64,000 bases of DNA from Octopus vulgaris (Eukaryota). The notes under the pieces were generated by a model, which was given only the letters and a program-made list of their open reading frames with translations, did not search any database and was not told the origin of the DNA. Positions 57,990 through 64,000 of this stretch are shown one piece after another. Made by a program: the position numbers and the translations under genes. Location: assembly GCA_951406725.2 (NCBI GenBank), contig OX597826.1:8494001-8558000 (forward strand), given 5' to 3'. Numbering within the stretch: the stretch's first letter is position 1; every line of letters begins with the position of its first letter.

Positions 57990-58310
57990 TGGTACACCGT
58001 CGGTTACGATGACGAGGGTTCCAGTTGATTCGACCAACGGAACAGTCTGCTCATGAAACTAAGGTGCATGTAACTGAGCAGTCCACAGACTGCGCACCCT
58101 TAATGTAGTTCTCAGGGAGATTCAGCGTGATACAGAGTATGACAAAGCTGGCCCTCCTTTGAAATACAGGTACAACTCATTTTTACCAGGTGAGTAGACT
58201 GGAGCAACGTGATATAAAGAGTTTTGCTCAACGACACAACACGTCACCGGTAATTGAACACACGACCTTACGATCGGGCAGCCGAATATCTTAACCTCTA
58301 AGTCACGCGC
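57990..58310 (-). mobile_element. tRNA-derived CORE-like SINE (family F)
   Basis: Minus head gcgcgtgacttagaggttaag, B box gttcaattacc, CORE-like tgtgtc.ttgagcaa.actcttt...ctcacctggtaaaaatgagt. Confidence 0.7.
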
Positions 58311-58505
58311 ATTGAGTTGTATGTGTGTGTGTGTGTGTCTGTGTGTGTATTTGTAATTCACAGTACTTACCATGGAAAAAGATTCTTTCTTGTGGACGGA
58401 AGCTGAAAGAAATATGTCGTGTGTGTGTGTGTGTGCGCGCGCGCGCGTGTGTGTGTGCGCGTGTGTGTGTGAGTGTGTGTACATATTTACATATATACAT
58501 ACATA

Positions 58506-58708
58506 GGAGTATCTGGATAAACTGGGATTCGTACATTACAAGCACAATCTTTGAGTGGATCAGTAAAAATATCCAAGACGTTTCTCAAGTTTCAAATGTG
58601 AATTTGCCTGGAGTTAACTTCATCCCAAAGATGGAGCCTTGTATCTTTGTTTGAAACCGGCTCCCTCCTCAGTGGAAGATTTCTAATGATTAAAATAAAA
58701 AAAGAGAC
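58506..58708 (+). mobile_element. 5'-truncated copy of the 28320-30120 RLE family, flanked by (CATA)n
   Basis: Matches ~29893-30120, including tgtttgaaacc.ctccctcctcagtggaagattt. Confidence 0.85.
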
Positions 58709-58716
58709 ATACATAC

Positions 58717-58870
58717 AGTTTCAGTTTCCATCTACCGAATTCACTCACAAGGCTTTGGTTAGTGTGGGGCTATAGCAAAAGACACTTGCCCATGTTGCCC
58801 CACAGTGGGACTGAACCCGGAACCATGCGGCTGAGAAGAAAATTTCTAACTATACTCGCACTTACGCCTA
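58717..58870 (-). mobile_element. SINE family A 5' half (other partials at ~57475-57620, ~60815-61090, ~61133-61262, ~61810-62000)
   Basis: Matches the family A head. Confidence 0.8.
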
Positions 58871-59313
58871 TACACAGCCGCCACAGTATATCTAGATTCA
58901 ATATACTTAGATATTTCAGAAAATTTCGTTTTCTTTTTTTTGTTATTGTTAAATTTTCGTCTGTCAATCACGATTTAATGACACATCTGTTAAAAATTTC
59001 GCTAAGCAGCCAAAATTCTTCAGATGAACTTTTCTAAATAGACACGTCTGTGAGTACGATGCTTGATTCTGTTAATTAATGCTCTTGTGTCCTTTCAGAG
59101 AAAGAGACGTCGGTAACAGATGGCGGTGGGGTCGCGAGGAGTAGTTAGAAATAAATTTACTTTGGCTGTCCATATTAAATCTCTACGAAAATATGACAGG
59201 TATCCGTCTTTTACGGTGAAGCTGGGTGAAACTTTTGCCGACGTTTCATACTTACGGTCCAATATTATTGACACACACGTGCAAACTCATGCTCAACTTT
59301 CAACCAAACATTG

Positions 59314-59561
59314 TTGATGAGGAGGAGGAATGTGGCGGTGGAGGAGGCGGTGGTGGCGGCGGCGTCGGTGGCGGCAGTGGTGGTCGTGGCACTGGTCATG
59401 GTCGTGGAAGTAAGGTTGATGTTGATGACCATGATGATTGTGGCTGTAATGGTAACGTCGAAGATGATGATGATGATGAGGAGGAGGAGGAGGAGAATGA
59501 TTATGATGATGACGATGATGATGATGATGATGATGACGATGATGATGATGATGATGATGAT

Positions 59562-59592
<31 letters not shown>

Positions 59593-59770
59593 AGGACGTG
59601 GAGGACGACGACGACGATTATGATGATGGAAATGTGATGAGGATGATGGAGATGAAGGTAGTTGTAGGATGATGGTGATGATGATGGTGATTGTAGTGAT
59701 GGTAGTAGTAATGATGGTGATGATGGTGATGATGATGATGATGGTCGTGACGACGGCAACGCGGATGATG
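59314..59770. repeat. Mosaic (GAT/GAG/GGT/GAC)n low-complexity tract
   Basis: Direct reading. Confidence 0.93.
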
Positions 59771-60119
59771 GAAAACCTAATGACTAGTTATATTAACTTG
59801 TCTAGTTTAATGTTCTGTACTGGTTCTTCGCCATTTCGATTTTCACTCCACTGAGGCCTTATCAAAAGAAATGCTATCAAATATCGACGTGAAGATGGAA
59901 TAATTTTAACTCTATCTAACTGCTGATATCAGCAAAATGAAACTTTTCTTTAAAGAATTAGTGTTCTTCATCCATTTCAATTCTTCAACTTATTTAGTCT
60001 TTGGAAAGTCGGCAAAAGAAATGAAATAGATAAAAAGGTAAAATATATTTTTGAAGACAGTTCCAACCTTAGGTGGTTACTGTTTTGTCAAATTCTATTA
60101 TTTTAAACTGACCCAAGAT

Positions 60120-60473
60120 GTCGCAATTCTGGATAGGGCATTATATTAATCCAACGCCGTAGATATGGGGGCCTAGGTTGGGTTACAGATCAGCCTTGAC
60201 TGTCATCAGCCAGGTTTTTCGTTGTCCACCATATCGCTTTCGCCAACCCTGAAGGGGAGCTGGAGCAATTGCTTCGTAGATGAATTCTCCTGGTTGACGA
60301 CGGAGGGAATGATCCAGCCAACGCAGACCTCTCGTTCGCCATTACCTTCTGCCGGAGCCGCGTGGATCTTAGGTGTTTCGCTCATAAACACACACATCGC
60401 CCGGTCTGAGATTGGGACCCACGATCTCTCGATCGCGAGTCCGCTGCTCTTACCACTAAGCCATGAGCCTCCA
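60120..60473 (-). mobile_element. SINE B head fused to an RTE ORF C-terminal fragment
   Basis: Head at 60333-60473, followed by GLRWLDHSLRRQ...GWRKRYGGQRKTWLMTVKADL. Confidence 0.75.
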
Positions 60474-61271
60474 CACAACAAAAACAATAGATAGTAAAGA
60501 CAAGCAAATCTGTGGACCAGCTGCTAGGGCGTGCCATTAGTGACGCTACAGATATAAACAGATTCGTCCCAGATTGCATCCAGAAAAAAAAACATCATTT
60601 AGATTACTGGTACGAAGTCTATAGTGAGATCCACAGTGGAGTACTGTAGCACTCCACTGTGGATATTTGCAGGTAATTATCACCTGTTAGGACTGATGAA
60701 GTTTGGAGGCTCAGAACAGAAAAGCCAGATTTTGTGATGTTGGCTTGATAGAGGCAAATGATTTTTGTTTATTCATTGTCACAATGCAAGGTCTGAATAT
60801 CTTCTATTTTTCACTTTTCTCTTTAGTCATTAGACAGCGGCCATGCTGGGGCACTACCTCGAATAATTTCTAGTCGAATGTGTGTGTATTTTGCATGTGT
60901 ATGTTTCTGCGACTGCGTGTATGTGTGTGTGCCCGCACGCGCGAAGCCTGGTACTTATTCTATCGATCCCTTTGGCCGAACAGCTAGATTGTGTGGGAAC
61001 GTAAACACACCAACACCGGTTGTGTAGCGTTGATGGGCGACAAGCACAGACACAGATATTCACAAATGTGAACGCACACACACGCAGGCTCACATACACA
61101 CACACAAACACACGCATAGTATCAAACAGATATAGGCGCAGTTGTGGCAGTGTGGTAAGAAGCTTGCTTCCCAACGATTTGTGCATGTGTTCTTTTAGTA
61201 CACCCCCGGTCCGACTAATGCCTTGTGAGTGGATTTGGTAGACGGAAACTGAAAGAAGTCCGTGTGTGTAA

Positions 61272-61322
<51 letters not shown>

Positions 61323-61420
61323 GTTGATCCAAACATGAACAAAGAGAAAACACAACAACGCGAGGACGTGGAACAAGTATAGTGTTATTGGACGCTCTGG
61401 AAAGGAAAGAAAGAAGTTAG

Positions 61421-61456
61421 GATTAAACGTTTCGAGCGGAGCTCTTCGTCAGATAC
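61421..61456 (-). ncRNA. Minimal hammerhead motif, intact core with weak stem I, in a ~200-bp module (61320-61520)
   Basis: Minus strand gtat-CTGACGA-a-gagc-tcc-gctc-GAAAC-GTT-taat. Confidence 0.6.
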
Positions 61457-61544
61457 ATAGAAAAAGCAAAAATCCAAGGAAGACGGAGGAAAAAAATCGC
61501 CAACAATACACACGCGGTCACACACACAGACACACACACAAACT

Positions 61545-61604
<60 letters not shown>

Positions 61605-61997
61605 AACACATACATGCATACGTATATAGATTAATAAAACAAAACGAATTTCTTTTTATTAATATTTATATGTTGCTCTATTAATTAGAGCGCTAAGTTG
61701 TTGTTCTGTACAGGGAGTTATTCTCCTATCTGATTATATAATATATATATGTATGTATGCATGTATGTATGTGTGTATGTATGTATGTAAGCATGTATAA
61801 TCATGAGTGTATGTTTGTCCCCCCCCCCCCCATCATCGCTTGGCAACCGAAGGTGTTGGTATTATGTATCCGTAAGTTAACAGCTCGGCAAAAAGAGACC
61901 GATAGAATAAGTACTAGGCTTACAAAGAATAAGTCCTGGGTCAATTTCTCCGACTAAAACACTTCATTGTGGTGCTCCAGCATGGCCTCAGTCAAAT

Positions 61998-62335
61998 GTA
62001 GTAAAGAAATAGGTATTTCGTCTGCCGCTACGTTCTGAGTTCAAATTCCGCCGAGGTCGACTTTGCTTTTCATCCTTTCGGGGTCGATTAAATAAGTACC
62101 AGTTACGCACTGGGGTTCGATATAATCGACTTAATCCCTTTGTCAGTCCTTGTTTGTCCTCTCTGTGTTTAGCCCCTTGTTGGTAGTAAAGAAATAGGTA
62201 TTTCGCCTGCCGCCTACGTCATAAGTTCAAAATCAGCCGGGGTCAACTTTTCCGCCCATCCTTTCGGGGTGGATAAATTAAGTACCAGTCATATACTGGG
62301 TCGATGTGATCGACTATCCCCGTCCCCTCTAATCC
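61998..62335 (+). repeat. Tandem ~185-bp units derived from SINE family C
   Basis: gtagtaaagaaataggtatttcg.ctgccgc at 61998 recurs at ~62183. Confidence 0.8.
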
Positions 62336-62429
62336 CAGGTAGCGCAGGCTACTAACCCCAAGTTTCCGAGTTCGATTCCAAACAGATACTTGAAAAATAA
62401 CAACAACAACAATAATAACAATAATAATA

Positions 62430-62478
<49 letters not shown>

Positions 62479-63610
62479 GGTGGTGGTGTAGGTGGTGGTG
62501 GTGGTGGTGTTTGCAATTACGAGCCATTTCTATTTAATCTTTGTCAATCACATAGATACTGGCCTTCAGCATGCTCCTTTTCGTTTCCGTTCTACGGCAG
62601 AGTGTTATTGTTGACGCTGTTGTTGATGGTTGCTGTGGCTGTTCTGATGATGATGATGATGATATTTTGCTGTTGTGTGTCAGCGATAACGGTAGCGCTA
62701 GTGGCGGCGAATGCCGACATCGGCTTCATGTTTGTGATGATGGAGGAGGTGATTTTAGCGATGATGTTTTTTTTTTTGTTTGTATTTTCATATTTTTGCA
62801 AATGAAATTTAACAAAATATTTCATTTCTGATTCACACCACATTAACGCTACAATGATACAACATAATTGTTCGTTATTATATAAATAATTTATCCAAAT
62901 GACTGTGGTGGTGGTGGTGGTGGTGGGGGTGGAAGGCGTTTTTGTTAATGAGCGACATTTCTTTGTTTTCAATTTAACTTTTATTTTCTTGTTTGCGTCT
63001 CTTTTCTTTTATATTTTTTTCTAATTTTTTAAAAATTCTTTTATTGTTTTATTCTGCAGTGATAAATCACGTTTCATGTAGAAATGGATGACATTACGAC
63101 GAAGACTTTGATTGTTTGGGCAAATATTCAAAGACTTCGCATTATTAGCAAGGTTTATGAAGCAAAAAACAAAGACACGGACCGTTTATAAAATAACATT
63201 AACGAAAATAACAAAAGAAAAGCAAAGAAGACAACATCGATGACGAAACGTTTAATAAAAACAACTACAGCAGCACCTGCCAGCCGACACGAAATTTCCC
63301 AATAGGGGAATATCAGCATACTAGATATAGCAGCCAAATCTTCATCTTTAAAATATGAAGAATTATTATCATTATTAGGTGTCCTCATCCGTCTATAAGA
63401 TCTGAAGTTGACTTTGCCTTTCGTTCTTTCGAAGTCCATGAAATATGTACCAGTTGGACACTGGGGGTCGATGTAATTGGTTTACCCGCTCCCGAGATAT
63501 TGCTGGTCCCCTATGCTAAATTTTAAATCATTCATAGTTGTCGTCAATCCTCTTCATGTTGAATAACAGGGATCTCCATTCGGGTCTATTCTCCGGCAAT
63601 TTAATCCAGT

Positions 63611-63919
63611 GTGGAGGCACTTGGCCTAGTGGTTAGAGCAGCGGACTTGAGGTCGAGGGATAGCGGGTTCGAATCTCTGGCCGGGCGATGTGTGTGTTTA
63701 TGAGCGAAACACCTAAGCTCTACGCGGCTCCGGCAGAAGGTAATGGCGAACCTCTGCTGACCCTCTCGCCACAACTTTCTCTCACTCTTTCCTCCTGCAT
63801 CTTGCAGCTCACCTACGACGGACCGGCGTCCCGTCCAGGTGGAGGACCAATACGCAAAGGAAACCGGGAAACCGGCCCTAATGAGCCAGGCATGGCTCGA
63901 GAAGGAACAAACAACAACA
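63611..63919 (+). mobile_element. SINE family B, full length, 13-bp TSD, inserted in an RTE 3' remnant
   Basis: TSD aatttaatccagt at 63598-63610 and 63920-63932. Rejoined flanks read GKHPRERPRTNWVENIKDW...EWRSL on the minus strand. Confidence 0.93.
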
Positions 63920-64000
63920 AATTTAATCCAGTCCTTAATGTTTTCAACCCAGTTTGTTCTAGGTCTTTCTCTCGGGTGTTTACCATTTATCTTTCTCTCT

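Noticed and set aside
59085-59130. Acceptor-like tttcag with nearby GT as a micro-exon
   Set aside because: Donor sites are weak and the peptide is unrecognisable; insufficient support.
59226-59672. Gly/Asp/Glu-rich ORF resembling an acidic protein
   Set aside because: Mosaic triplet repeat open in several frames and on both strands; no unique coding flank.
60690-60730. CTGATGA followed by gaaa
   Set aside because: Stem II is weak and there is no NUH triplet or stem I; chance match.

Overview
This is an AT-rich eukaryotic window saturated with microsatellites. No host protein-coding gene can be called with confidence; there is only one weak exon candidate near 12.35 kb. The SINE families and the very high (AT)n/(AAT)n/(GATA)n load suggest an octopus (coleoid cephalopod) intergenic or intronic region. 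That is an inference from recalled repeat families, not a database result. Most long ORFs in the track are microsatellite translations. Supportable content: (1) four tRNA-derived SINE families (about 30 copies); (2) a full-length, frameshifted mariner nested inside an RTE LINE; (3) a DD37D/maT remnant, other mariner fragments and MITEs; (4) fragments of R4/Dong-like (RLE), Tx1-like, RTE and CR1-like LINEs; (5) Penelope-like GIY-YIG fragments. Three patterns stand out. First, about ten minimal type-I hammerhead ribozyme motifs with different stems sit in short, often inverted modules; one is a tRNA-headed hammerhead retroposon inserted as a head-to-head dimer with a 13-bp TSD (21.9-22.8 kb). 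Second, several retrotransposon families each sit in a different microsatellite: (AAT)n, (CATA)n and (TATC)n. Third, SINE-LINE tail sharing and SINE module shuffling are visible directly. All alignments and folds were done by eye, and boundaries of degenerate elements are approximate.
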